32,000 nucleotides of DNA from Wolbachia endosymbiont of Drosophila innubila (GTDB lineage: Bacteria > Pseudomonadota > Alphaproteobacteria > Rickettsiales > Anaplasmataceae), in the NCBI RefSeq assembly GCF_021378375.1, contig NZ_CP076228.1, positions 450,001 to 482,000 on the forward strand, in the 5' to 3' direction. Shown one piece after another: positions 11,271-20,279 of the stretch. A model generated the notes under the pieces. That model was not told where the DNA came from. It made no database searches and worked only from the letters and a program-made list of their open reading frames with translations. How positions within the stretch are numbered: position 1 is the stretch's first letter; each line of letters begins with the position of its first letter. Made by a program: the position numbers and the translations under genes.

Positions 11271-11699
11271 TATGACAAGTTTATAATCTGTAAGATCAAA
11301 GTCTTACAAGTTTCTTTATTTCATTATACAACGAAATCTTTAGAGAAGCCAAATGGGCAAAGTTTCATGAAGGTCTTTGGCATCTCTTAGCATAGATCCC
11401 TTACTTAACCATCATACCGCGATTCATTCGCAGTATCTCAAAGCATAGATCCCGCTAACACGTAGCGGGATGACGATTGTCGTTTAGCCATAAACATTAA
11501 GAAATTTACCAAATAAAAAAAAGGCAAAAGAAGCCCCGTGGTGGTTGGCTATTTACTATGTACTAAAATATCGGCGTTTTTTTTGACCTTATCCAGAAAA
11601 AGTGGAGAGAAAGTTTGGAATGTTTTTCACAAAGAGAATGATGAATCAAAATGCTCAGGAATGCAATAGTTAATAGTGACGTTGTTTGTTATAAAAAAT

Positions 11700-12440
11700 T
11701 TCTATGTATTCAAATATTGCAGTTCTAGTTTGTTGAGCAGAGTGTTGTGAAGTATCAATAAGTATTTCTCTTTTCAATGAGCTAAAGAAGCTTTCCACAA
11801 CAGAATTGTCGTAACAACAACCTTTATGACTCATCTATGTTTTTTATGGATAAGAGATATTGATAACCTTGCAAAGTATATTGTGAACCTTGATCACTAT
11901 GTAATAGTAGATTTTTGGCAGGTTTACGCTTGTTAACGGCCATTAATAAAGAGTCCATAACCAATTGTTTATTTATTGAACTGCTCATTAACTACCATGC
12001 GTGAATATAGATCGATTATTGTTGCCAAATATAGCCATCCTTCTTTGGTTTTTATATAAGTAATCCCATACTTTATTTGGTTGATCAACAATAAAGTTTT
12101 GATCTAGTATATTGGGAGCTACAGCTCTATTATCTGTTTGTTGTTTTTTAATTTTAAACTTTCTTCTCAGTATAGCCCTGATGTCATTTTTCTGCATAAT
12201 ACTTTGCACCGTTTTCAAATTGCAACTTTTACCCAAAGCCTTCAATTCAGCATGAATTTTAGGAGCTCCATATCTACATTTAGAAACTTGATATATTTTT
12301 TGAATAGCTGCGAGTAGCTCTTTATTTGCTGATTCTCTACTGCTTATTTTTCTTGTGGTCCACTTATAGTAGCCACTAGCAGAAAATCCTACATAATTCC
12401 TGTACTTTATAGCAGTTACTATATAAAAAAATATTTTACT
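11700..12440 (-). pseudogene. IS3 orfB (rve integrase) remnant, frameshifted
   Basis: CRYGAPKIHAELKALGKSCNLKTVQSIMQKNDIRAILRRKFK...; frame lost after DYLYKN. Confidence 0.8.
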
Positions 12441-12466
12441 CTTTTTGACTGGCCAGGGCTTTTTTT

Positions 12467-12712
12467 TTAATGTCTCTTTCCCTTGTTACTCTTGCTTTGT
12501 AAATCAAACCTCTCTTTGTCATAAGGTGCTACATCTGGAAATGCATTTGCCGCCGACTTTTTTTCGTTGTGTTTCTTTATCCATTTTCCTAATACACTAT
12601 CCCTTATTCCTAGATCTCTTGCTACTTTTGCAACTGGTTGACCTACCTTTCTTTGTTCATTTGCCAGTTTAACAGCTTCCAATTTGAATTCTGCTGTATA
12701 TTCTCTTACCAT
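12467..12712 (-). pseudogene. IS3 orfA (helix-turn-helix protein) truncated by frameshift
   Basis: 81 aa then stop; the alternate frame continues VTRERDIKKKALASQKE. Confidence 0.75.
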
Positions 12713-12785
12713 TTCTAATCCTCCAAAATTTTATTTTACCCAAAAAAACTCTTTTCTTTCTCTCCACTTTTTCTGGGTAAGGTCA

Positions 12786-12838
12786 ATTCGGAACTCTATT
12801 TCTTTTTTACGATCTTTACTTTTATTCTTATTGTTCAT
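12786..12838 (-). pseudogene. N-terminal stub of a small gene cut off by the IS3 element
   Basis: ATG at 12838 reads MNNKNKSKDRKKEIEFR straight into the IS3 end; AGGG upstream. Confidence 0.35.
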
Positions 12839-13289
12839 ATAATATACCCTTCACTAATAATAAATTATTTTTAAATGTTTACTGTTATTTTCTTAGCAGT
12901 ATTGGCATAAAGCCATAGCTTTTGGGTGAAGTCAAATCAAATTTTCAATTTTTTTTTTGTTTATTTTTATGAAAAGGTAGAAGATATTAATAGCTGCTAA
13001 TTTCTTTAAACGATGTTGTCGTAGATTCGTATTTTTATACACCAAAAAGGGTATCTTTGATGTCTCCTACAGCTCCAAACTCATAGCATCCATTTGCCGG
13101 CCTTTTAAGGCGCTTTATAGAAGGGTTAATAAAAGATGTAAAAGGACGTCTAAGGTGCGTAGTAGCATTCTAAAGCCATCTATGGGAAACATTTTTTTCA
13201 TCAACGCATTCAAAACTTAAAAAAATAAAAAACTTGAACATTTCTTCAGAATTATGTATAATTATTAATGCTTTTTAAGGTTCTTTCTT

Positions 13290-14201
13290 ATGACTTTTTC
13301 TAAGTTTCTTGATCCCAAAAATGATGTATCGTTTAAGCGTATCTTCGGTACTGAAAAAAATAGAGATATCCTTATTCACTTCCTCAATGATATTCTTGGC
13401 TTTACTGGTAAAAATGAAATAAAGGATATAGAGTTTTTAAGTACTATTCAAGACCCCGATATCGCCGCTAAAAAGCAAAGTATTGTTGATGTTCTCTGTA
13501 GAGATTCTACAGGTGCTCAATACATTTGCGAAATGCAGGTCGCTAAAACTAAAGGCTTTGAAAAACGTGCCCAATACTATGCTGCTAAAGCTTACTCAAG
13601 GCAAGCTGATAAAGGTGACCAGTATCATAACCTTAAGGAAATTATCTTCATTGCTATAGCAGATTGTGTACTGTTTCCTAATAAATCTGAGTACAAATCA
13701 AAGCATACTATTCGAGATGAAGACACTAATGAGCATGATCTAAAAGATTTCTATTTTATATTTATTGAGTTGCCAAAATTTCCAAAGAATAAGGAAGATC
13801 AGTTGGAAAATATAGTTGAAAAATGGGTTTATTTTTTTCGATATGCAGATGAGACTAGTGAAGAAGAGCTGGAAAAAATAATAGGTAGTGATGTAATAAT
13901 TAAAAAGGCCTATGAAGAGCTAAATAGATTCAACTGGTCAGAAAAAGAATTTATTGCCTATGAACAGGAAATAAAACGTATTCTTGATGAACAGGCTGTC
14001 CTCGCTCAAAAACTTGATGATGCTACTGAAAAAGGTAGAGAAGAAGGTAAAGAAGAAGGCATCCAAATCGGACATGAAAAAGGCAGAAAAGCAGAGAAAA
14101 TCGAAGTGGCAAAGAACTCACTTAAGGCCGGTGTCTCTATTGATGTTATCGCTCAAATTACCGGCCTTTCGATAGATGAAATTCAAAAATTAAGGAATTA
14201 A
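13290..14201 (+). CDS. Rpn family recombination-promoting nuclease / PD-(D/E)XK transposase-like protein
   Basis: 303 aa; FLDPKNDVSFKRIFGTEKN...LIHFLNDILG, SIVDVLCRDSTGAQYICEMQV, HTIRDEDTNEHDLKDFYFIFIELPKF. Confidence 0.92.
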   Translation: MTFSKFLDPKNDVSFKRIFGTEKNRDILIHFLNDILGFTGKNEIKDIEFLSTIQDPDIAAKKQSIVDVLCRDSTGAQYICEMQVAKTKGFEKRAQYYAAKAYSRQADKGDQYHNLKEIIFIAIADCVLFPNKSEYKSKHTIRDEDTNEHDLKDFYFIFIELPKFPKNKEDQLENIVEKWVYFFRYADETSEEELEKIIGSDVIIKKAYEELNRFNWSEKEFIAYEQEIKRILDEQAVLAQKLDDATEKGREEGKEEGIQIGHEKGRKAEKIEVAKNSLKAGVSIDVIAQITGLSIDEIQKLRN

Positions 14202-14210
14202 TACTTTACC

Positions 14211-15904
14211 TTAACCTCTAGCTTGAGTTAAATGACATTGAACAGAAGTATTATTTAGATAACTTTTAGGCTCCAAGCTTATTTGTTGTTCTTTTACGTC
14301 ACTCACTTCTAATCTGCTTAACATTTGTTGCATTAATTGATTTATTACTGGGTCTATTCTTCTATTAAATTCAGCCATAAACTTATCAAACTTTTTCGGA
14401 CTTAATCTACCGGGATCTCCGGGTTCTCTACCAGGCAATGCTTCCTCTGCGTATGATTTTAAAATCCCTGAAATTTCATTAAATTCACCACTCCTAATTT
14501 TTTCATTAATCTTCTCAAATAATTTCTCAAAATTAATATCTAAGCAGTGCATTTTTATACCACCTTTCGATTCAGCTTGCTTCTCTAATACTTCCTTGAA
14601 CGACTTTATAATATCCGATGTGTAAAAAAGAGCCTTTACAGGATTAACATCAGAAAACTTAGGAAGAGGACACTTTTTATCTAGAAAAGCTTGTAACAAG
14701 AAAAACATCAAGCTAGCATTATTACTCGCACAAACTTCACGACTAAATTGGCTAGTATATTGGATATTTGGGTTTCTTACTGTATCAGAATGATTGGAGC
14801 TACTTCCTGCTGTACCAGAACGGCTAGAGCTATTTTCTGAAAATGAAGGCAACGCAGCCCTTAAAGGGGAAGAGATAAACTGAAAAACACCTTTAACAGC
14901 ATCTATCCATGAAGACGGCTTACTTGCTCCGCTTGTAGCTCCTATTTTGTTATAGCCTATTTCGTCACTTTGCGATGAATTGTCTGATGCATTATCATAA
15001 GATAGATCACACTTAGCTTCTTTTGTAATACTATATTGTACATCACGCTTCTTGCGAGTAGATCCACAATCCTCAATTTTCCATTGACATGGACTATCTT
15101 TGCCCCTGGCCTCCAAGTAAATACTCTCCTTCTATCCCTATCATGGCTAAGATAATCACTAGCAGGATATAAATACTCATTAAAATAAGTGCTTTTTATA
15201 TATATGTTGTTATCTTCAGGTTCAAATTTCCATTGACATGAACTATCTTTGCCCCCTGGCCTCCAAGTAAATACTCTCCTTCTATCCCTATCATGGCTAA
15301 GATAATCACTAGCAGGATATAAATACTCATTACTATAGTAAACACTTTTAATACATACCTCCGATGAAAATACTGCATTCTTTACTGACTCTGGTAATTC
15401 TCCTTTTATCCTTTCAAGCTCAGATTTTTTTTCCGAATGAACATTATGGTAATTACTCATCTCCATAATTCTTTTTACATAACGGGCTAACCTAAACTCC
15501 GCATTCTCTACACCTTTAACTTCAATACTAGCTCCAATATTGAGAAGATTTGTAACTTCACTAATATTCCCACTTTCTACAGCAGCAAATAAAAGTCTAT
15601 CATACTCACTTTGCTTTGGTCCTAAAAAGTTTACTACTTCTGACTGACGAGAGGTATTTGCTACATCTAAAGGTTTTCCACCATCCTTATTTTTAGCTCC
15701 AATGTTAGCCCCCTTATCTATAAGAAATCTAATTATCTCTAAATGACCTCCTTCAGCAGCCCTATGCAAAGATGTGTAACCATCACTATCTCTAGCTTCA
15801 ATATTAGCCCCTTTCTCAAGAAGTTCTCTAACGTCACTAAGGCGTCCTGCTCCTGCAGCACTAACTAATAAATCATCATTGTTTAAAGTCATTTGTCCCT
15901 CCAC
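14211..15904 (-). pseudogene. Ankyrin-repeat protein with a 2-copy YLYPASDYLSHDRDRRRVFTWRPG repeat and a Wolbachia-type C-terminal region; split by a 1-nt deletion near 15102-15106
   Basis: ORF 15904-14957 (ankyrin repeats DSDGYTSLHRAAEGGHLEIIRFLIDKGANI) and ORF 15116-14211; the second repeat copy has GGGG where the first has GGGGG. Confidence 0.8.
15079..15330 (-). repeat. Direct tandem repeat, 150-bp (50-codon) period, ~100 bp nearly identical core in each copy
   Basis: 15079-15180 and 15229-15330; one G/A difference and one C indel in the compared core. Confidence 0.9.
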
Positions 15905-16012
15905 ATTTATAAAAACTTACCTAACTTAACTAAGCAATCACACTATAACAAGCCACTCTTACCCTGAGCTTTTTTCTTTCCTCAAGCAACACAGAAAGGA
16001 CCATCTTCCCTC

Positions 16013-16928
16013 AGAGGTTGTCCGGAAACTAGTAAATTCAAGCATATTCCCTCTTTAACATAACCCTACTCATAGCTAGGTATATGAAATTCTCAGTGGA
16101 TGTTGTGAGTAAATCATACTCCTTCGATAGCCTTCTATTCCTATTAACCCAAGCAAAAGTCCTTTCTACAACCCATCTTCTTGGCTGTACTTTTTAAACC
16201 CTTGTTCTCTTGTTGGTAGTAGCTCAGGTGGCGTATCTTTGTGCACCCAAAATCTACATGGAGGCCTTTTAACAATTTCAATATCTATGTCATATTCTTC
16301 CTTTATGTGATTCTTTAAATTTCTTCCTTGGTATCCCATGTCAGCCCACATTTTTTAACTTTAGTATATTTTGTTCTCATATTGTTTAATGCTATTTTAA
16401 TACCATCTCTATCATTTTCGTTAGCAGCGCCTACGTAACAACCTAGTATAAAACCCTGAGTGTCTGTAATTATATGCCTTTTTCTACCCTTTACTTTTTA
16501 CTTCCATCATAGCTTTGATCCCCCTTTTCTGTAGTCTTTACAGATTGACTATCTACTATACAGGCACTCGGCTGCTCATTCTTTCCTATTTTTCTTCTAC
16601 TATATTTTGTAATTTCATAATTCATTTTCTCAAAAATTCCCTGCTTCTTCCATTGCCTGAACTGCTCATACACAGTCTTCCATAGCGGAAAATCATTTGG
16701 TAAATACCGCCATTGACACCCTGTACGCAATACATAGAAAATTGCTTCTAATATTTCTTTTTTGCTATACTTTGGCAGCCTTCCTCCTTTCTTGTATGAT
16801 ACTCTGAAGTGTTTTTCTATTCTTGCCCATTCCCTTTCGCTTAGATCTGTTGGATACTTTTTTCTCATCTTTACCCCGTACTAAAATTTCAGATATTATA
16901 GCCTTTTACTTGTTTCCGGACAACCTCT
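16013..16928 (-). mobile_element. IS5-family insertion sequence (two-frame transposase), 916 bp, decayed
   Basis: Perfect 17-bp terminal IRs AGAGGTTGTCCGGAAAC / GTTTCCGGACAACCTCT; LSEREWARIEKHF...GGRLPKYSKKEILEAIFYVLRTGCQWRYLP. Confidence 0.92.
16038..16868 (-). pseudogene. IS5-family transposase with multiple frame breaks in A-runs
   Basis: ORF 16868-16491, then frames VKGRKRHIITDTQGFILG..., MWADMGYQGRNLKNHIKEEYDIDIEIVKRP, ...[11 protein letters not shown]. Confidence 0.85.
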
Positions 16929-17657
16929 TAGCAGATATTCAAAAAATATATCAAGCTTCTAAATGTAGATATGGAGCTCCTAAAATTCATGCTGAATTGA
17001 AGGCTTTGGGTAAAAGTTGCAATTTGAAAACGGTGCAAAGTATTATGCAGAAAAATGACATCAGGGCTATACTGAAAAGAAAGTTTAAAATTAAAAAACA
17101 ACAAACAGATAATAGAGCTGTAGCTCCCAATATACTAGATCAAAACTTTATTGTTGATCAACCAAATAAAGTATGGGATTACTTATATAAAACCAAAAGA
17201 AGGATGGCTATATTTGGCAACAATAATCGATCTATATTCACGCATGGTAGTTAATGAGCAGTTCAATAAATAAACAATTGGTTATGGACTCTTTATTAAT
17301 GGCCGTTAACAAGCGTAAACCTGCCAAAAATCTACTATTACATAGTGATCAAGGTTCACAATATACTTCGCAAGGTTATCAATATCTCTTATCCATAAAA
17401 ACATAGATGAGTCATAAAGGTTGTTGTTACGACAATTCTGTTGTGGAAAGCTTCTTTAGCTCATTGAAAAGAGAAATACTTATTGATACTTCACAACACT
17501 CTGCTCAACAAACTAGAACTGCAATATTTGAATACATAGAAATTTTTTATAACAAACAACGTCACTATTAACTATTGCATTCCTGAGCATTTTGATTCAT
17601 CATTCTCTTTGTGAAAAACATTCCAAACTTTCTCTCCACTTTTTCTGGGTAAGGTCA
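16929..17657 (+). mobile_element. 5'-truncated IS3-family copy, inverted relative to the one at 11584-12785
   Basis: Near-identical orfB sequence and 3' terminal IR ...CTCTCCACTTTTTCTGGGTAAGGTCA; joined directly to the IS5 right IR. Confidence 0.88.
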
Positions 17658-18061
17658 GTTTCCATTTGGTTCAAACTCGGATACAATTTCCCCAGAGCTG
17701 GGTAATCTCATACCAGAACCATCTGCTGCAATAAGTCTATAGCCTCTCCAACTCAGGTTCATCCTGATAGGCTGTTTGGATGCTTAAATTCTTGAAAAAG
17801 CCTGTATGGCAAATCTTATACCTTGCTTTAGAAAAAGCTTGCTTTGAGGGTACATGTCAATGGCTCCATAAGTTCACATTCTATTCCCAAACTTTTTTTA
17901 ACTAACTTTAAAATCATAGAAAATACTGTCGAAAAAGGAAGTTTTCTTGTTCGTGTAAAACTCAACACAATGGATTTTCTGAAAAGTTTTCGAGTATATT
18001 GCATTTTTAATTTGTAAGATAAGATCTTTTCCTTTTTGCATGCCTCACCTAAAAAAGACAC
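17658..18061 (-). pseudogene. IS4-family transposase N-terminal remnant
   Basis: MSFLGEACKKEKILSYKLKMQYTRKLF...RTRKLPFSTVFSMILKLVKKSLGIECELMEP and, in another frame, GYRLIAADGSGMRLPSSGEIVSEFEPNG; ends at the IS3 terminus. Confidence 0.6.
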
Positions 18062-18262
18062 ATTTTAAACTTTTTTGTTGCAATAAAATAGAAACAAAAG
18101 TGCTGTCCCTTGCACTCTTTGGATAATTTAATGATAAAAAATTTGGAGAGAAATTTTATACACTATCGCTGATATTTTTCCTTAAGTTGACGCCATTGCC
18201 TGAACGGATACATGACAAATCTATCGTTTATCAAATCGTCGGTAAGCCTAAAGCTATAGCCA

Positions 18263-19267
18263 TTAAGCACGATAAAGAAAATCATTCATAATCGCTATAG
18301 CAACTAGTGTAGACACTTGACGTTCCTTGTGATTTGATAAATAGAGGTTTTTATCTGACTTCACAACAAGGGCTTCTGGATGACTTTGAAAGTGAACATT
18401 ACCATGCTTATCTTCAATAGCCTCTATTACCCCCTCACTGGAAAATGCTGCAACTTTATATCCAAGTGACTCCAATTTTCTTCTATTTTCTGGTGTATTA
18501 CTTACTGCTCCTGAATGAGCATCTGGAAAATATGTTGAAAACCAGCCATTTTCATTAGGTATTAGGAATTTGGCTACTACTTCTGCTAAACGACTATTTG
18601 GAACGATCTTTATCTGCTGGAGAGGTAGATCCTCTTTCTGTGGATTAGGTGCTGATTTTAAATGAGATCTTCGTTTCTCTTCATCACTCACAACACTCAC
18701 TACTTCAATTCCCTTTGCATTCATTATGCCTTCACATATGCCAAGTAAATGAATTGCAGGGTTATCATCCACTATTTTTACAATTGCTTCAGTAACAAGC
18801 TGGCGACAAGGAGTGGGTGCTGAGTGTAAATTATCCGGAATAAATATTCTATTTATTTTGTGCTCTTTAACAAACTTTGCAACTTCAACTTTTATTCGGT
18901 CTAATGTTAGCTTCTTTGCCAATGTTTCATCTTGTTTTGCAAAGATAAGCGACTTTTCTTGGATTTCTTTTAAGTTAATTATTTTATTGCAGTCAATGAG
19001 TACGGTTTTAACTCCAAAGTTATTAAACATCTCGTAGATATTTTGAGATAGCCCAAGCTCATGTGCTTCTTCCGTTTTCAACAAACCAACAACTATGTCA
19101 TTATTTACTGTATTTTCTGCCGTCAAGACAGTTGACGCTGGTTCTTCTTTTCTGGTTACATGTTGAGATGCCGGTTTTTCACTAACGCCAGCATAAGTAA
19201 TATTGCTTAATAATAGAACTATAATTAATAAGATATTAAATAGTTTATTATAATATTTATATACTAT
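18263..19267 (-). CDS. Exported class I glutamine-amidotransferase-like / peptidase C26 protein; probable start ATA at 19267 (track uses TTG at 19126)
   Basis: LLGICEGIMNAKGIEVV (nucleophile elbow with Cys), FQSHPEA; frame open upstream through VYKYYNKLFNILLIIVLLLSNITYAGVS to an ATA 6 nt after AGGGAGG. Confidence 0.75.
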   Translation of the reverse strand: MVYKYYNKLFNILLIIVLLLSNITYAGVSEKPASQHVTRKEEPASTVLTAENTVNNDIVVGLLKTEEAHELGLSQNIYEMFNNFGVKTVLIDCNKIINLKEIQEKSLIFAKQDETLAKKLTLDRIKVEVAKFVKEHKINRIFIPDNLHSAPTPCRQLVTEAIVKIVDDNPAIHLLGICEGIMNAKGIEVVSVVSDEEKRRSHLKSAPNPQKEDLPLQQIKIVPNSRLAEVVAKFLIPNENGWFSTYFPDAHSGAVSNTPENRRKLESLGYKVAAFSSEGVIEAIEDKHGNVHFQSHPEALVVKSDKNLYLSNHKERQVSTLVAIAIMNDFLYRA

Positions 19268-19344
19268 GACTTGCCTCCCTAATATTTATATTACGATATA
19301 GAGTATTTTATAACAAAAAGGCAAGTTTGCCAAGAAAGAGAAGG

Positions 19345-19417
19345 TGGCCTGAGCAGGAATCGAACCAGCGACACAAGGATTTTCAGTCCTTTGCTCTACC
19401 AACTGAGCTATCAGGCC
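19345..19417 (-). tRNA. tRNA-Phe (GAA)
   Basis: Complement reads GGCCTGATAGCTCAGTTGGTAGAGCAAAGGACTGAAAATCCTTGTGTCGCTGGTTCGATTCCTGCTCAGGCCA; 7-bp acceptor stem GGCCTGA/TCAGGCC. Confidence 0.95.
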
Positions 19418-19496
19418 AACTGTATACTTTTATTTTTAGATAAAAAATGTTATCATGTCTATCAAAAGTTTTTAAAGTAGTTTATAAAAATAAAGG

Positions 19497-20003
19497 ATGA
19501 ACATTAATGACAAAATAGGAATCTACCCTGGCACATTTGACCCTATAACTTTTGGGCATCTTGACATAATCAAAAGAGCGTGTAAACTAGTCGATAAATT
19601 AATAATAGGAGTTGCAGAAAACGTTAATAAGCATACTGCCTTTGACACAAAGCTACGCACAAGCATGGCTGAAAATGAAATCAAAGGGCTAGGAATTGAT
19701 GCAGATGTTATATCTTTTAATGGGTTGCTAGTGAAGTTTGCCAAAGAGCAGAATGCTTCTGTTATTATTAGGGGATTAAGAGCAGTATCGGATTTTGATT
19801 ACGAGTTTCAAATGAGCTGGGTAAATTATAAACTTCTTCCTGAAATCGAAACCATATTTCTTCCTGCTTCTGAAGATACTCAATTTATCTCATCAAGCTT
19901 TGTAAAGGAAATAGCAAGATTAGGAGAAGATGTTAGCAAATTTGTATCAAAAGGTGTTCAAAACGAATTGATTAACCTGAATAGGATAAAAAATGGAGAA
20001 TAG
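19497..20003 (+). CDS. coaD: Phosphopantetheine adenylyltransferase
   Basis: IGIYPGTFDPITFGHLDII, VIIRGLRAVSDFDYEFQM, FISSSFVKEIARLGEDVSKFV. Confidence 0.96.
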   Translation: MNINDKIGIYPGTFDPITFGHLDIIKRACKLVDKLIIGVAENVNKHTAFDTKLRTSMAENEIKGLGIDADVISFNGLLVKFAKEQNASVIIRGLRAVSDFDYEFQMSWVNYKLLPEIETIFLPASEDTQFISSSFVKEIARLGEDVSKFVSKGVQNELINLNRIKNGE

Positions 20004-20071
20004 TGCTTGTTGTTTTTTATTTCTGAATGGGTATATTCAATATATAAAATGTTATAAGCTAAAGGAGCAGC

Positions 20072-20263
20072 ATGTCAAAAGTGAGGGTTAATAATAGAAA
20101 AGTTTGTTGTCATGGTGATGAGAATGATGAGGGTTCCGGCCATCCATTAATATATTTAGATATGGGAGAAGAAGAGGAAATAGCCTGCCCTTATTGTGAA
20201 AAGACGTTTGTCCATGACTGCACTGTAGAAGCGGTTGGGGAGCTGACTAGGGATGAGCTCTAA
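20072..20263 (+). CDS. CHCC-type zinc-finger protein (NDUFS6-like)
   Basis: 63 aa; CHGDENDEGSGHPLIYLDMGEEEEIACPYCEKTFV. Confidence 0.8.
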   Translation: MSKVRVNNRKVCCHGDENDEGSGHPLIYLDMGEEEEIACPYCEKTFVHDCTVEAVGELTRDEL

Positions 20264-20279
20264 TGGCACTTCTGCAGAC

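Larger units (their letters stand above)
11584..12785 (-). mobile_element. IS3-family insertion sequence, full length but with degenerate orfA/orfB
   Basis: Terminal inverted repeats TGACCTT(A)(T/C)CCAGAAAAAGTGGAGAGAAAG at both ends; orfA-like MVREYTAEFKLEAVKLANE...VAKVARDLGIRDSVLGKWIKKH; orfB-like HSDQGSQYTS and SVVESFFSSLKREI in broken frames. Confidence 0.85.

Noticed and set aside
11205-11390. 61-aa ORF starting inside the 25-bp inverted repeat
   Set aside because: GTG start lies within the hairpin arm; the amino acid sequence is explained by the repeat
14957-15116. Overlapping ankyrin ORFs as two genuine overlapping genes
   Set aside because: The tandem repeat comparison shows a single-base difference in the G-run explains the split, so one ancestral gene is the simpler reading
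15079-15330. Possible CRISPR-like or tandem array
   Set aside because: Only two 150-bp direct copies, in frame within a protein gene; no short repeats with unique spacers anywhere in the window
13290-15904. Rpn nuclease plus convergent ankyrin gene as a defence or toxin-antitoxin pair
   Set aside because: Genes are convergent, not co-directional; the ankyrin ORF is frame-broken and no antitoxin-like partner is visible. Both families occur widely as separate accessory genes
16823-17254. 143-aa plus-strand ORF as an independent protein
   Set aside because: It is a chimera: antisense of the IS5 transposase start plus IR (…LFPDN) fused to the truncated IS3 orfB; no evidence that it is a real gene
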